Positions 28,121 through 42,618 of a stretch of 64,000 nucleotides of DNA are shown piece after piece. The position numbers and the translations under genes are program-made. Under the pieces are notes generated by a model. It did not search any database and was not told the origin of the DNA. It was given only the letters and a program-made list of their open reading frames with translations. This DNA comes from Octopus vulgaris (taxonomy: Eukaryota): NCBI GenBank assembly GCA_951406725.2, contig OX597819.1:126232001-126296000 (forward strand), read 5' to 3'. The stretch's first letter is position 1, and every line of letters starts with the position of its first letter.

Positions 28121-28619
28121 GGTTACACATTATAGTAACATATAACTGGCTGAGTATACCACAGCACACATATACCCACAACATTATCCATAAGTAGAAT
28201 CAGCACAACCCAATGAGACATGGCTAGGCCTTTTGGATTACAGGTGCAGGATCTAATTAAAGTGTAGTTGGCTGAATATTCCATAGATATCTGTGGCCTT
28301 AATGTAATTCTGGAACAGAATCAGTGTGACATAGCCAGAGTTTCAACTATTAAGAAAAAATACACAATTCGCTGAATAAATTGTGGAAGATCACAACAAA
28401 ATTAAACTAAATATCAAATGAATGATATTATTGTCAGGGAGCTATGGGCCGATGTGGGTCGCATTCCCCCTTATTGGTTACATATTTGATGTGAGACTAG
28501 GTTGGCTTTTTAAGTTAGTTGTACTTCATTTGGCAGGGTTCCGCACAGTCTCTATTTAGCCAGTTTTACTACCAATGCTTTGGCCACTTGACAGATTAAC
28601 TATTAAGTCACTCACAGAC

Positions 28620-28950
28620 GTGCTCCAGCCTCTGATGCCCAGGCGTTGTGTCCCCTTTCTCTGTCATTTCTACTGCTACTATATGGCTTCTGCTCCTTGC
28701 AGCTAGCTGAGCTCACCTCACCTCCTCTCAAACATTCCCATCCCACTTTCCTCTTCTCTTCTCATCATCTCTCTTATGTCTACCCACTCCTACCTACAAT
28801 GCCTCACATTTAGAACTCTGCTGAGTCCATCCTCCCCAAAACGGCTCTCCTCTGGAAATTCCACCTGCTCATAACTTTCCCACAGATGTTGGTTTAGAAA
28901 GGTTCACAAGGAACATCAATGTCATTAATCATTAACCTCACTCATCTAGA
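28620..28950 (+). mobile_element. Degenerate CR1/Jockey-group LINE 3' end
   Basis: Residual coding pattern PKTALLW...FP...F..NIN. Confidence 0.4.
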
Positions 28951-29482
28951 TGGTCCGCGAAGGGCATGAGCACTTTAAGACTAAAAACTAGGCTAAAACT
29001 ACTTGGGGTTGGATTGAACTCAACACTAACATGTCAGGATTATGAAGTGAACTCGTTAATCACCTGGTCGTGTGCACCTCCCCCACTCCTGCCTGAGATG
29101 TTGAGGTAAAACTGTACATGTGGTGGGCATATTGGTAGGTTTTGGTTCAGCTGAGGTAGGAATAATAAACTCTGTGGAGCTGAAGCTGGCAGAATGAATA
29201 AGAATAGTTATTTCCTAAATGACACAGAAGGAAAAAAAGGGCACAGAATTGAGGGATGGGATGTGAAAGACAAATTTTGAGGAAATTTTCCATTATATGA
29301 AACGAAAAAGGACTAAAAACAAAATGAAAGAAACCTGCTCACCTCACTTTTCCTTTTCCGTGAGGTATGGAACTTTGAAGGACTGTTGTTCCAAAAGTTC
29401 TGTCCAGAATGGATGGAGTGCCAGACTAAATACTTTGTTCTATCATTCAACTGGAATGGGATGGAAGCACTCTGTCGGTTAC

Positions 29483-29845
29483 GACGACGAGGGTTCCGGT
29501 TGATCCGAATCAACGGAACAGCCTGCTCGTGAAATTAATGTGTAAGTGGCTGAGCACTCCACAGACACGTGTACCCATAACGTAGTTCTCGGAGATGTTC
29601 AGCGTGACACAGAGAGTGACAAGGCCGGCCCTTTGAAATACAGGTACAACAGAAACAGGAAGTAAGAGTGAGAGAAAGTTGTGGTGAAAGAGTACAACAG
29701 GGATCACCACCATCTCTGCCGGAGCCTCGTGGAGCTTTTAGGTGTTTTCGCTCAATAAACACTCACAACGCCCGGTCTGGGAATCGAAACCGCGATCCTA
29801 TGACCGCGAGTCCGCAGCCCTAACCACTGGGCCATTGCGCCTCCA
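29483..29845 (-). mobile_element. SINE family C, tail type 2
   Basis: Same tRNA-like head and body as 10445, different 3' tail. Confidence 0.88.
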
Positions 29846-30560
29846 TTATCATTCAACTACTAACGTAGTTGAATAATATTCTTGACGCCGCAATTTTACT
29901 CTCACGCTAATTTAGTTCTTAACCATATTTTAAAATGTTAACATTTTTGAAGAGGGCTGGTCCCTAGTTACATTTTGGCATGGGGAAACTGAGATTTGAT
30001 CCAGTAGAAAAAAGTTTACATATAAATTTGCAGCAACGTCAAAGGAGAGTAAGTAACGCCACCAATCAAGTTTTGATCTAAATAATTTAAAAATTTTAAA
30101 ACCAAAATATATTTATCTTAGCTTCAATGATAGAAGAAAGCATGAAGAAGTTTATAGTTTTGGTCCCATGCAACAAAAACTTGCATTAAAAAAGTTGTGA
30201 GTTAAAATACGAAAACAATATAAGGCAAAAAATTGGATTTAAGTATAATTAACTTTTTTTATTTTAAACACAAACTATATTTTAATTAAGCTTAAATGAT
30301 AGAGCTGAATTCAAGGAATTTCATGGTATCAATATCATGCAGTGAAGTTTTAAAAGAAAAAAGTTATGAGTGTTTGTTTCTCAAATTTGAGGGTGATAAT
30401 ATAGTTCTATACTTTTCATGAATATGGATCTATAAGGGGATTTTTATATACATCACCGGTAACGTCATTGAGGTAAGGAAAAAATTATCAATGACACCGC
30501 TAATTGACACGTTTGATACATTATTACTTGGCATAATAGCATAGCCTGGAAAAAGCATGG

Positions 30561-31382
30561 ATTACATGGAAAACTGCGAGCAAGATAAATAATATTCTTA
30601 AGATTATAAACCTGGAAAGTACAGGACAAGTTATTACACTTGGAAAAGTTCAGGACAACTTATTACATCTGGTAAAGTACAGAACAATACATTTTTTACT
30701 TAAAATATTACAACTAAGGACAACATTTGAATATTAAAAATTATTTGATTTTAATTTACAAAGTAACATTTTAATTAAAAAAGGTACCATCATTTTGTTA
30801 AAATATTGACACACTAGAATACTTATAAAAGGAGAGCCAGAAGTACCAATTATAGCTTAAGTTTTATGAATAGTAGAATTGTATATATGGTAGGCAAATT
30901 CCTTGTGTAAAAAAATAGGCATTGGGTCGAGACTAAAAATGTGAAGACTTGGCAATAACTCAAGCAAATTTTACTGTGAATTTGTTGTTATAGGTAGATT
31001 TTACTGTAATATATAACTAATGTTTGCATTATTATATTTATTGTACTAACTAATTATGTACTACAATTATTTTTTATAACCTATTTTCAAATTTCCAATT
31101 ATTAATTAATAATTAAAAAAACAAATTTTTTAAAGTGCAAAAATTATTTTAATTGGGTTATCTTTTATTTTTAATAGAAGTAACAAGTAATAACAAATAC
31201 AAGTAATAACTCGTAATGAAATTTTTAGTTTTAATAAAAGCTAATATTTTCTAAATCTAAATATTTTATTTGAAATTTTATTCTTAGCTGCAATATTTTA
31301 AGTAAACTTTTCTTGTCCTGTACTTTTCTAGGTTTACAATCGTAAGAATATTATTTTCCTTGCTCGCATTTTTCCACGTAAT
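30561..31382. mobile_element. Non-autonomous DNA-transposon-like element with about 70-bp TIRs
   Basis: attacatggaaaactgcgagcaag...gaaagtacaggacaag (30561-30630) is inverted at 31310-31382. Three subterminal ggaaagtacaggacaa-like repeats on the left. Confidence 0.7.
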
Positions 31383-31544
31383 TTAGTTATGTTCCTCTGC
31401 ATTCTGAGTTCAAATCCTACGAAAGTAAATTTTACCTGTAATCCAACAGGTATCAGTAAAATTAATTACACTAGAATAGCTTGCCAATAACAACACATTT
31501 CTCCATTCTTTTTGATTATCTTTATTCTTCTATTGGAAAAGAGG

Positions 31545-31790
31545 ATTATCACATACACTCTTTTTTCCTTTGTTTTTGTACAAGTGCATTATAGATGCAT
31601 CTTTGAACTGCTGGGGAACAGATCCAGTTTCCCAGATCAAAGAGATCAATTTGCACAGCTTACTTACAAGTTGTCTGCTACCATGCTTATACAGCTCTAT
31701 AGGAATATCGTCTTATCCAAGAGCTTTACCATTGGAAATTTTTTAGCAGCAGTACTTATCTCTTCCAAGGAAGGATTTCCACAATCACAT
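31545..31790 (-). mobile_element. RTE-like LINE reverse transcriptase fragment
   Basis: Minus strand reads IPIELYKHGSRQLVSKLCKLISLIWETGSVPQQFKDASIMHLYKNKG. Confidence 0.75.
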
Positions 31791-32358
31791 ATGTATCAAT
31801 GATGTACACAAATACATGGCAGGTATACATAATACTGAAATACGCAACCCATATTAATTCTGTGTGTAGAAGTCAATGGCTTCATAAAATACAACTGTAA
31901 ATACAACTGGAACAAACACATACAGACAAATATATTAATATAACAAATTTTAAAAACTAATAAAAACATACAAAACACTATATAAATCAATGAAGAAACA
32001 AAACAAAAGATGATACATGTTGACTTTATTGGGTATTTATCTTTTTTAGAAACCTATAATGAACATGTCATTTCATTGACGCTAAACTATAAATTTCACA
32101 GGGTACAACCTTAAAGTTGACACTGCTTCAACGCAGGAAATTTCTCTCTCATTATTGGCCACAAATACATGTTTTTTAAAAATTTTTATACGTCTGTAAC
32201 TTTTTCGTCAAAGTTTTTCTCCACAAGTTCATGGTTTCACAGGAATAATCGTGGAAAACTGCATCAATATAACCAATTTTCAGATGTTTTATTTCCTTTT
32301 AAAAATACAGATTTGGTGATTGAAACATATTAAATACACACACACACACACACACTCA

Positions 32359-32394
<36 letters not shown>

Positions 32395-32619
32395 CATATA
32401 ATACGCGCATACTTTTTTAATGCAAATTTCTGTTCTAGTTCGAAACAATTCGTTTTTCTTAGTAATTATATTTAATATATACGTACCATATATACATATT
32501 AGCCACTTGGGCTCTAGCACACATTACCAACAGTAATTATATACGGGGCATATAATACGATGTAGTGCAACATTTAGTGTATAGACACATTAACACGGTC
32601 ACAAAAAGACAAACTACCA

Positions 32620-33922
32620 ACAAAAAAGCCGTCCATTACGTCAGATCATATCCACAACTCCGATCCTCTTCCTCCAAAGTGGAGCCTAGTCCACCATAGT
32701 TTTCAGGAAGTGCCCCCTTAGCTGCCGATATATCGCTGACGATTTTTTAGTAATCATTTCTCTTCTGGTAGCTTCTGAGTTTCCAGTGCATCGTTTCCGC
32801 CATCAGCATATTTTTTTTGTCTTGTTCACTTTTCTATTTCCAACAGGCTTAAACTTATCTATTTTACCATTAAATTAAGACAGTCCTGCCATTTGGGCCA
32901 CTCTTCGGGAAGGACTTCCAGCCTTGTACCAGCTTTTAATCAGGGCCGATTCTCATTTTTTTGCGTCTTCTTTTCCTACTTACCTCAGCAGTTTCCAACC
33001 TTCTCGATCCTCCATCACTTCATACACAATAGGATGTGACTGGTGTTTGTCGTCTCTTGCCGGTATTTGTCTTATTTTTAGTTTGCATACAGAGATTTCT
33101 ATTTTATAATAATGAGAAAATATAGAACTCTCTGCTTCCCATGGTCCACTCTTGAGTAAAATCTTCGAGCAAGGACGCACTCTCCTTTGTGACATATCCC
33201 CTTGTAAGCCTTTTCTTTGCCTGTTGATGACAGACTACTATGAGTTCTTTTCGGCATGCAAATCTAGAAAAGGGTGCGCTGATATCGTTGTTGCCGTTAT
33301 TGCTTTACAATTTAAGTTTGCGTTTTCGCCTTTCTTTCTCTTTTGTGCTTATGAAATGGCGTCTATCTGTATTTATAGCTGTACCTATTTATTTAATTTT
33401 AATGTCTTTCTTTTTCCTTTTTATTACTATTTTTACTTTTTAAATTTTCTTAGGTATTTTCGAAAATTTGTAGTGTTTTTCCGAAGTTTTGTTAGCCACA
33501 CCTTTGTGGTTAACGTCTTTTTCCACTACAAGGGCAGTTTACAATATGAACCACGAATAAACAAATAAAAAGGATGTTTTAAAAATATACGAACTCAATA
33601 AAATCGCCAAGGACAGACCATGTTTACAATACTGTTTCAACGGAGCTGTCTTTTCAAACCTAAGGTAGTTGGGTGGGCTTAAATATTGTAAGTAAAATAA
33701 CTAAAAAAAAAAAGGAAAAAGATTAAAACGCACCCCTTCCCTCCAAAAAACAACATCTGAAATAATACTGGAAGATCGTACCTTGAAAGTATCTCCCTAT
33801 TAAACGTGACCATTCACGGCAAACAACAACTATCATAATTTTTCTTTATGGGTTACAAAGATCCACTTATGCAATTTAAAATCTCTGTGGATGTATTCTC
33901 TGTCTGTCTGTCTGTCTGTCCG

Positions 33923-33957
<35 letters not shown>

Positions 33958-35600
33958 CAAACACACACGCGGTCACAAAATAGTCAGGATTGAGTAGAAA
34001 CCTTAATATTTCAGGATGGGTGAAAGCTTTGTTACATAGGAAGCAAAACAAATACAATTGAATACAAATTAGTGCATCCTATTCACACAGTTACGAGGAG
34101 ACACCACCCAAGGCACTACAACACTGAGCACCTTCGCATCTGATCATCTTTTACAAATTAGGTTCTTCACAATTGTTCTTCAATACATTCAGCTTTTAAT
34201 CAAACTATAACAGGTCCCATATTTTGAGGGGCTGTTTCAACAGAGTTTTCTTTTCAAACCTAAGGTAGCTGGGTGGGTTTAAATATTGTTAGTAAAATAA
34301 CTAAAAACAGAAAAAAGAAAAAAACGTTGTCATTATCAACCATCTATCATCTATGGTTACACAAATCCGTCTTTCTCCCATACAGTACAGTATTTGACTT
34401 GTTCTCTTTTAGGGCCAAGATTAGAATATGTAAACTGCACTTAATATGTCGTGTAAAGAAGGCCAGGTACTCCATGGGGTGGTTGCTTCATTGTGAGGGA
34501 CCTCCAACCACTTGGTTTTGTTTAGTTTGTCCTAGCTGTCTCCCTTTCCCTTTGTTACAAATTACTTTCACTTTTTTAGTCTCCTTCCTGTCTCACTTAA
34601 TGTAAGATGATGAACAAATGGATTAAGCGATTTCATTTGCTTCCACCCAATCTATTCTCGAAGTTGCGACTGGTAGTAGTCTTTAGAAACAGTGGTAACA
34701 GCAACCTTTGAGATCTGCTATTGTGGAGCGGAAGTCTCTGATGCCGTCTTCAACTACTTTTTCTTTGTTTTTTCGTTTTCCTTCTTATTCTACGCAGAAG
34801 GCAGTTAAGCAGCCTTTACTGCCAAACGTACAGCAACAAAGCCTTCCCTTCTGCATCACAAAACTAATTGACCTCCTCTCTGCTCACTTAAAAGAGTAAG
34901 ACTCCAAGATAGTCTTGTAATATTCGGAATTATTCAGGAGCTGGATGTCCATACAGATCTCTTTCAACTACATGTCCTTAGTGTTATGCAATTGTAAAAA
35001 TAAGCTAAGAGTCAACGTTTGTGCTAATATTCCGGACACCTGTATGGTAGCGTCTGTTTGGATAGGCGTATACTGCACGTGCTCTACCTGACTCCTCATT
35101 TGCCTGAGGAGGAATTACAACAGTGTTTCGTGGTCTGCTACCACAACAGCTCCTTTATAGGATCCAGTTAGCTCAAGACATCATCAGGAGGAACCACATC
35201 CGGTTTCGGACCCTACTCCTTTACAGTTTTGACGTGGCACCCCCCCCTTTTCGGAGGTGTTTTCAGCGCTTGTGTTGGGTGCATGTCTTCTTTCTTCTGT
35301 TCCCTGGCCTCTTCGATGTATCGTCAGCGAGTGTCAGCCGGTGGCTGACTGACTTGTCAAACTTTTCCCTTTAAATACCTGCCGCTAGGCTCCAGCAGGC
35401 AGCCCCAGCAATTTTGATATGTGTAACTGAGGTAGCTGCGTGGATTCACTTCCTGATATGCATCATCCTGAGCCTACTTATAATTCCTTTTCGGGGGCAT
35501 ATGCAAGTCCCATCCGATTTCCTTTTCTTACTCCTTTTTGTTTTGAATAACGGGGTTTCTTCGAACCCCTTTTCTGGATAGATTTGTCAAGGAAGAAAGG
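32620..35600 (-). mobile_element. Decayed LINE ORF1/gag-like remnants, probably two copies
   Basis: Purine-rich minus strand with many stops. Degenerate knuckle GRLCCCTFGSKGCLTAFC near 34790-34850. An about 85-bp direct repeat lies at 33632-33715 and 34231-34320. Confidence 0.35.
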
Positions 35601-36049
35601 TCTGTGTTATGTGGGATACCTCATTCACTCATTTCCTGGTGCAGATCGACTCGCTACATTTGACTCATAATGTCAATATTAATAACTCTATTGCATGTAT
35701 ACACACACACACACACACACACACACATATGCAAATACACATATATATACACACATACACATATGTACACATGGACACACAGGCAAAAGCGCATACGCAC
35801 ATGTGTATGTGTGCATGTGTGTGCATTTGTGCGTGTACCTATTCACAGTCCAACGATTACAGTAATCTTTTCTTCAGATTCACGTCTGGTCGATTTTTCA
35901 CGCGAAGCCTTTCTCAACTTTGTATACACTTATATATGCTGTGTGTGTGTGTGTATGTGTAAGTGTGCGTTGTGCGTGTGTGTGTATACATACATACATA
36001 CATGTTTAAATATATGTGTGTGTGTGAGAGTGTGTCAGTGTGTGTAGTG

Positions 36050-36320
36050 TATGATGATTGCTCTATTTTCACAGAGGACTGCCGTCTCAGTAAATGGAAG
36101 TCTAAGATCTCTCAGACGAGTGTTCAGTCCCACATGCGGAAATGCATGCATCGAAGCGTTGGTGATAGACGAAAGCTGTAGCTCACTGTGCGCTTCCACC
36201 TGGTTTGTTTTGGACACGTTGGCACTCCTCCATTGCCATAGATCTTTCAGTAGATGGAATGTCAAATGAGGTGACCATTAAGAGACGTCTCTACATCGTT
36301 CGATTATAGTAATAAACACT
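36050..36320 (-). mobile_element. RTE-like LINE 3' end
   Basis: Ends in a catcat-type tail after degenerate coding sequence. Confidence 0.45.
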
Positions 36321-36753
36321 TGTAGAACACGAATACCATTCTCTGAGTCTCTGTGATTAAGATCTAGTGATAGGCCAAAACAAGTTGGACAATAATCATA
36401 CGAAATAGTAGCATTCACATCACTATGTCCCTCTCCTAGAAGTATTTTGTGAGGACAGCTTGTTCTCCGGTTGTTTTATTGCACGGCTTGATACCAATAA
36501 AGAGTTTTCCTGCGTCCCCTCACTCGGGTGGATTATCAATACATATAGTTAACACATAGCTGTGACCACAACAGGTACCACAACACCGGGTCGGAATAAA
36601 CCTGGAACAATAGTGGTTAAAGGGTGGTTTCACACCCTTCAAAACCCTGGGACTCCCGGATCAGGATCCCATTATCAAATGTAGTTAAAGTCATACCCAG
36701 GACACACACACTCACAAACGCACGCATGCACGCACGCGCACATGTATATAAAA

Positions 36754-36790
<37 letters not shown>

Positions 36791-37828
36791 GGCCTGCTCG
36801 CTTAGCCAGCAGGGTGGCTTCATTTGAAGGCTAAAACAATGCGAAGCGCATTGTGACCAGCGATGTGTAACAACATCTGATAGCCTGGTCGGTCACGGTG
36901 ATCACGGTGATATATATATATGTATGTATATATATATACACACATACAAAAGGGATGTTTTCAGTAACATAACTTACACATATATACTTCCCTTTCTCTT
37001 TCTCTCTCTCTCTCTCTGTCACACATACATGCACATTTCCTCTCACTTGACTTCTGTTCTCCGTTGCTCATATGTACAACCACACGTACTAACACGCACG
37101 CGCGCACACATAAACACAAGCACTTACGCGGGGTTACGTGTGTGTATGTGCATATACATGTGTGTGTGTGTGTGTATTTGTGCATGGATGCGCGCAGTGT
37201 GCGAAAGCGTATCTGTGAGCAAATGCAAGTGTGTGAAACTACGTTTGTATGTGTGTGTTCTTGCGAAAGTATATTTAATTCTATTCACACTATCACCATT
37301 AAGATTTATCATCCATTTTATAGTAGTATAGTTGAAATATGTTTTTCTCAATAGTAACAGTTGGACTGTAGCGTGATAGTGCTAATAAAATACAACACAC
37401 AAGTATAGTTTAGTTATTGAAGTTACATTTGTATTATCGTTGGGAATGTCACGGTTGAGATATATTTGTGTCAAATTTAAAGTGCAACAGTTGAATGTAG
37501 TTGCACGGTCACAGCTGACGTCTATTTGTGCTTAGTTAACCGTATACAGTCTGTTGTGTCGTAACTTCTAACTATGATTTACAACCTGTTTATAAACAAA
37601 CAATGATAACAAGGAGACGAGAAGCTGTCGTCAGCACTGCTTATTGAATTTTGCTAGATATAACAACCAAATCTACCTGAATTTACATCTCGGTGTCAAA
37701 AAGAGAGAAAAAAATCCCAAATAATATCAAGATGTACTGGATAGAAATCTGAAAAAAATATGCCGATCGGAAAGAGCTCTAATTTATGCATAAGGCCAGA
37801 AGTTACGTGGGTGTGGGGAACCGACGAA

Positions 37829-38237
37829 ACCTATTTCTTTACTACCCACAAGGGGCTAAACACAGAGGGGACAAACAAGGACAGACAGACGGATTAAGTC
37901 GATTAGATCGACCCCAGTGCGTAACTGGTACTTATTTAATCGACCCCGAAAGGATGAAAGGCAAAGTCGACCTCGGCTGAATTTGAACTCAGAATGTAAT
38001 GGCAGACGAAATGCCTATTTCTTTACTACCCACAAGGGGCTACACACAGAGGGAACAAGCAAGGACAGACACACGGATTAAGTCGATTATATCGACCTCA
38101 GGGCGTAACTGGTACTTATTTAATCGACCCCGAAAGAATGAAAGGCAAAGTCGACCTCGGCGGAATTTGAACTCAGAACGTAACGGCAGACGAAATACGG
38201 CTACGCATTTCGCTCCGGCGTGCTAACGATTCTGCCC
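37829..38237 (-). mobile_element. SINE family B tandem dimer
   Basis: Two units joined at gcagacgaaatgcctatttc. Confidence 0.9.
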
Positions 38238-38578
38238 GACTCTAGTACTAGACTGGTACTATATCATATCATCTCTGAATGGATGTAAAGCAAAACCGAT
38301 CTCGGCAGGTTTTGAACTCGGAACGTAAAAAGGCGGAAAGAGTGCCGCAAAGTAGTTCTTTTTTTTATTCTGACGCTCTTACGGTTCTGCTCTCATGGTG
38401 GCGAGAGAGATAAAATAATAAAAATAATAATGGTTTCAAATTTTGATGCAAGGGCAGCAGTCTTGGGGGAAGGGGATAAGTCGATTACATCGACACCAGT
38501 CTTCAACTGGTATTTATTTTATCAATCCCGACAGGATGAAAGGCAAAGTCTACCTCGGCAGAATTTGAACTCGGAGCG

Positions 38579-38701
38579 TGCCTTGTATACCCTTATCGGA
38601 GTGTGCCTTGTGTATCCTTATCAGACGGGTAGTCATGATGGGTATTCTGGGCGTCGTATATTTTACCCTAGTGTCACTTTGATGACATGCACTGCTCTCT
38701 C
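38579..38701 (+). mobile_element. (TAA)n-associated element, 3' fragment
   Basis: Matches 12105-12207 and is followed by (AAT)n. Confidence 0.8.
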
Positions 38702-38737
<36 letters not shown>

Positions 38738-38761
38738 TATAACAATAATAATAATAATAAT

Positions 38762-38995
38762 AAGTGCAAAAAATCGTGTTAACTGGAACGGCTCATGTAC
38801 TGAGAAGAGCATTATCGCTGTGAAAACAACATCCATTCATGAATTTATTCATTCATTAATTTTTTAAATACATATTTTACTTGTGAATTTGCGTGTGTAA
38901 TGTGGGAATGCATACAATGAGCTTCTCTGCCCTAGGTGTATGGAAAACACTCGGCAAGAAACGGAAGAATATTTGGCGAAAGAAGAAAATAATAA
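38762..38995 (+). mobile_element. R4/Dong 3'-terminal fragment in (TAA)n
   Basis: VQKIVLTGTAHVLRRALSL* plus a 3' UTR (acactcggcaagaaa) matching the 8036 element. Confidence 0.85.
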
Positions 38996-39021
38996 AAATA
39001 ATAATAATAATAATAATAATA

Positions 39022-39056
<35 letters not shown>

Positions 39057-39057
<1 letters not shown>

Positions 39058-39249
39058 AAATTCTAACTGGGCCCCCACCTACAAGGTCATGTGCTGGTTA
39101 TCTTGATACAAGATCACCATGTCACGCACATATGATTGTGATGCATGTGTCTGGTGTACCCTTATCAGACGGGTAGTCATGATGGGTATACTGGGCTTTG
39201 TATTTTTTACCCCAGTGTCACTTTGATGGCATGCACTGCTCTCTCACTC
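39057..39249 (+). mobile_element. (TAA)n-associated element, 3' fragment
   Basis: Matches 12013-12207 and is followed by (AAT)n. Confidence 0.8.
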
Positions 39250-39326
<77 letters not shown>

Positions 39327-39331
39327 TAATA

Positions 39332-40331
39332 AAAACTAGTGGGAACACTAACTACCACCAGGGTTTGAAAATGATCACATCTCACTCCTCTGGAAATAAA
39401 CTCGACTGCTCTCACAAATGAGAATACTAAAAATGGACCCGACCGCTCCCAAAAATTAAGTAAAAAAATAACCGGAAAAATAATCCAGACTCCTTGTCCG
39501 GTACCTAATCTATCCCAATGGTAGTCATGAAATGTGAAGGTAGGTGTGCGGGCCGTGTTTGCACTTCTGTGTGTGTGTGTGTGTGGTCTGCTGTGGGAAC
39601 AGGGACAGTTTTATCTATGAGGGCCATTTTTTGTCTTTACGACTATTAAGGTGTATAGTGAAAAATTTATCCGTACGTGAAAGAAAAACGGAAAGGACCC
39701 GTATACGGTGCTGTTAACGGAGGTTTAACAACATCGTTGCGCACAAAACGCGAATCTAAGAAGTAAAGCTTCCTTCAAGGCAGAGCTAGATATAAAATTG
39801 TCGAGTAAGTAAGAGGTTTTATACAGGAGCGGTGTATTCAAAATTGGTAAAACTAAAAATTGTTGAGGATAAATTAAATGTATTATTGTTACTGAATATG
39901 TTAAGTGTTATCTAACTTCTGAACGGTTTTGCTGCCGTTTGTTCATGTGGTTTGATTTCTTTATCAATCAATTTCTACTAAGATAGAGACGAGAGTAAAA
40001 TTAATGAGAAACGAAAATAAAACTTCGGAAACAGCAATGCCGCCATAACTTACGTGGAAACTATGAGCGTGCTTTCAAGGGAGATAATCAGAGAAAGTCT
40101 TGAAAGTGAACGTAAGATCGTAATACTTCAGTAAAGAAGATATAACAAATAATCCAGAATCCTTGTCCGGTACCGGATCGATTCCAAAATCCAACCAGTT
40201 CGTGCCAGTTACGAGGCCAAACATCTCTGAAAGTTTCATCCGAATCCATCCCGTGGTTCTTGAGATATCTTGTCCACAGGCAAACAAACAAACACGACTG
40301 AAAACAATACCTCCGCCTTAGCGAAGGCAGA

Positions 40332-40336
<5 letters not shown>
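39332..40336 (+). mobile_element. Non-autonomous Helitron/Helentron-type element
   Basis: Terminal hairpin tacctccgcctt-agcg-aaggcagaggta (40308-40335) preceded by (AAAC)n. Internal repeat aataatccaga-tccttgtccggtacc at about 39479 and 40148. Left boundary uncertain. Confidence 0.55.
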
Positions 40337-40368
<32 letters not shown>

Positions 40369-41095
40369 GTAGGTTCAGATTTTGGTACAAGGCCCATAAT
40401 TTTAAGGGAGGGACTTCAAACATCATCTGAATTAAGTTAATCTTAGTGTAATACATGCACAAAATCAGGAATTCGGAGTGAAGAAACAGTAAATAATTTG
40501 AACCAATATTTGACCGGTGTACTTTATTCATCGGTCTCAGAAGGATGAAAACAAAGTTGGCTTCAGTGTGATATGAACTTAGAACGTAAATATCCAAAGC
40601 ATATTTCACAAAGAAATGTCTGATGAACTAAAATTGGATTTTAAAAGCGATCTACAATCCATTGCTGTTATAATTGGGTTTAAAAAGATAACTAATATTA
40701 CAACAGTGTCAAAAAAGGAATCATGAGAGCCACGGGCCAATGAGGCAATCTTTGTGCAACCGCTCGATCTGCTAGAAATGACAACTAGTCATTCTCAAAG
40801 TCACATTCCTACTGTCTTTAAATGAGAACGGAAAGGTGTATTAAGCGAAGTTGTGATTATACGAAACGAGAGAGTACGGCCAGATTTGTGTGGCATGTTT
40901 TGCGTTCTCCTTACCTGTACACTCTGACACGCTGCATATCTATTCTTCAGGTGATGTTGGGTCTTCTTTCTCCACTTGTATGTTTACACCACAGTCAATG
41001 ACAACAATACTTCTTTTAGTATTTCTTTAGTGTTTCTGTATGCCAGCGATACTTCTTTCGTGACAAGTAAAGCTAACAATTATTACTTTTGTAGA

Positions 41096-41328
41096 AAGGC
41101 GGTGAGCCGGCAGAAACGTTAGCACGCCGGGCGAAATGCCTAGCGGTATTTCTCCTGCCGTTACGTTCTGAGTTCAAATTCCGCCAAGGTCGACTTTGCT
41201 TTTCATCCTTTCGGGGTCGATAAATTAAGTACCAGTTAATCACTGGGGTCGATGTGATTGACTTAATCCCCTTGTCTGTACTAGTTTGTCCCCTCTGTGT
41301 GTAGCCCCTTGTGGGCAATAAAGAAATA
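41096..41328 (+). mobile_element. SINE family B, full length
   Basis: 18-bp TSD aattattacttttgtaga at 41078-41095 and 41329-41346. Meta-like domain tttcatcctttcggggtcgataaattaagtacc. Confidence 0.93.
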
Positions 41329-42618
41329 AATTATTACTTTTGTAGATCTTTTTTTTCCTTATATTAAAAAGAATTTTCTTTGACAGTTATGCCCCCCACA
41401 CCCCCACCTATTCATATTCACGAGCGGGCCCCGTGATATTCCCCGTTTAATAAATGTTCTTATTTCTATTTTGACGTATATGATGATAGATCTCCGTGAC
41501 ATTGTTTCCTGATGTTAAAGAATCCGATAGTTAAGGCTATTGAGAGAATAACACGAAGTTGTTTCATTACGTAACAGATGTAACTCTCGACATGAATACA
41601 AGCAGATTAATATAACCAACTACAACAAAAAAATCTTTGAATCATAAAACATTACCAACAGAAGCACTGTCAGTAGTTACCTGAAGGTTAACGACATATA
41701 ATACAACAAAACGACATATAAATACAACAAAATATGCTCGTATCCCAACACAAACTACCTGCCACTTATTTTCATCTTCCTTACAGAAGATACAACTCTT
41801 CATTATGCAAATAGAACTAATCGCATCGTACCTAGAGATAGCTCGTAAAGAGTGGATTGTTTAATTATTAGTACTACTACGTTACGGAAAACTGCTTATT
41901 TTGGTACTTTGGATTCGCTTGTGCTTCTTTCCTGGCAATACAATCTATTCATATTTGTTACACCTTCATTTAAACTTCGTAGAATAAAAAAGAAAAGCTC
42001 TATTTTTGCTGCCAAAATATCTTTAAAACTTTTAAAGTGAGAAATGACAAGCCTTGCAACCAACCGAATGTTTTCCTTGAGATATTTTATATGGGAAGCA
42101 GTTGTCCACCGAACGCAATGGAGTTTGGCCAAAGTTAACATGAAGAATGCTTTGAAGCATGACCTATTCTGTTTTAACACATTTTGCTGACACCTGGAAA
42201 CAGTTGGTCATTGACAGGTAATCCAGGAGGGAATATATTGTAGAAGAGTAAACCATGTTGTGTGAGAGGCTATAAGGATGCCAAAACAATTGTCTTTTAC
42301 ACCATAGTAAACGGCGATGAAAAACTTCATGGCAAATACTGATTTCTTGCATCAGCACAAAGCTCCTGTCTTTACAGAAAAATCATATCTTATCTACTTA
42401 ATGCTTTAAAATATGAAGTTACGAATGGTTATTAACAGCTTTGCAAAGCTTCGTAATGCCTTTTATTTGAAATATTAATAATAGCTTTCTTGCGTCACCA
42501 TCATATAAACCTATGCATGTAGATACATTAGCGTTTTGTTTTTATTTAGGAGAAAGGAATATACTAAATATATATAGGTTTAACACGATATCCAGTTTAA
42601 AGCTTACTCTTGAGTAAT

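Noticed and set aside
41852-42360. Short ORFs in unique-looking DNA, possibly decayed transposase
   Set aside because: Frames are interrupted and no motif could be identified with confidence.
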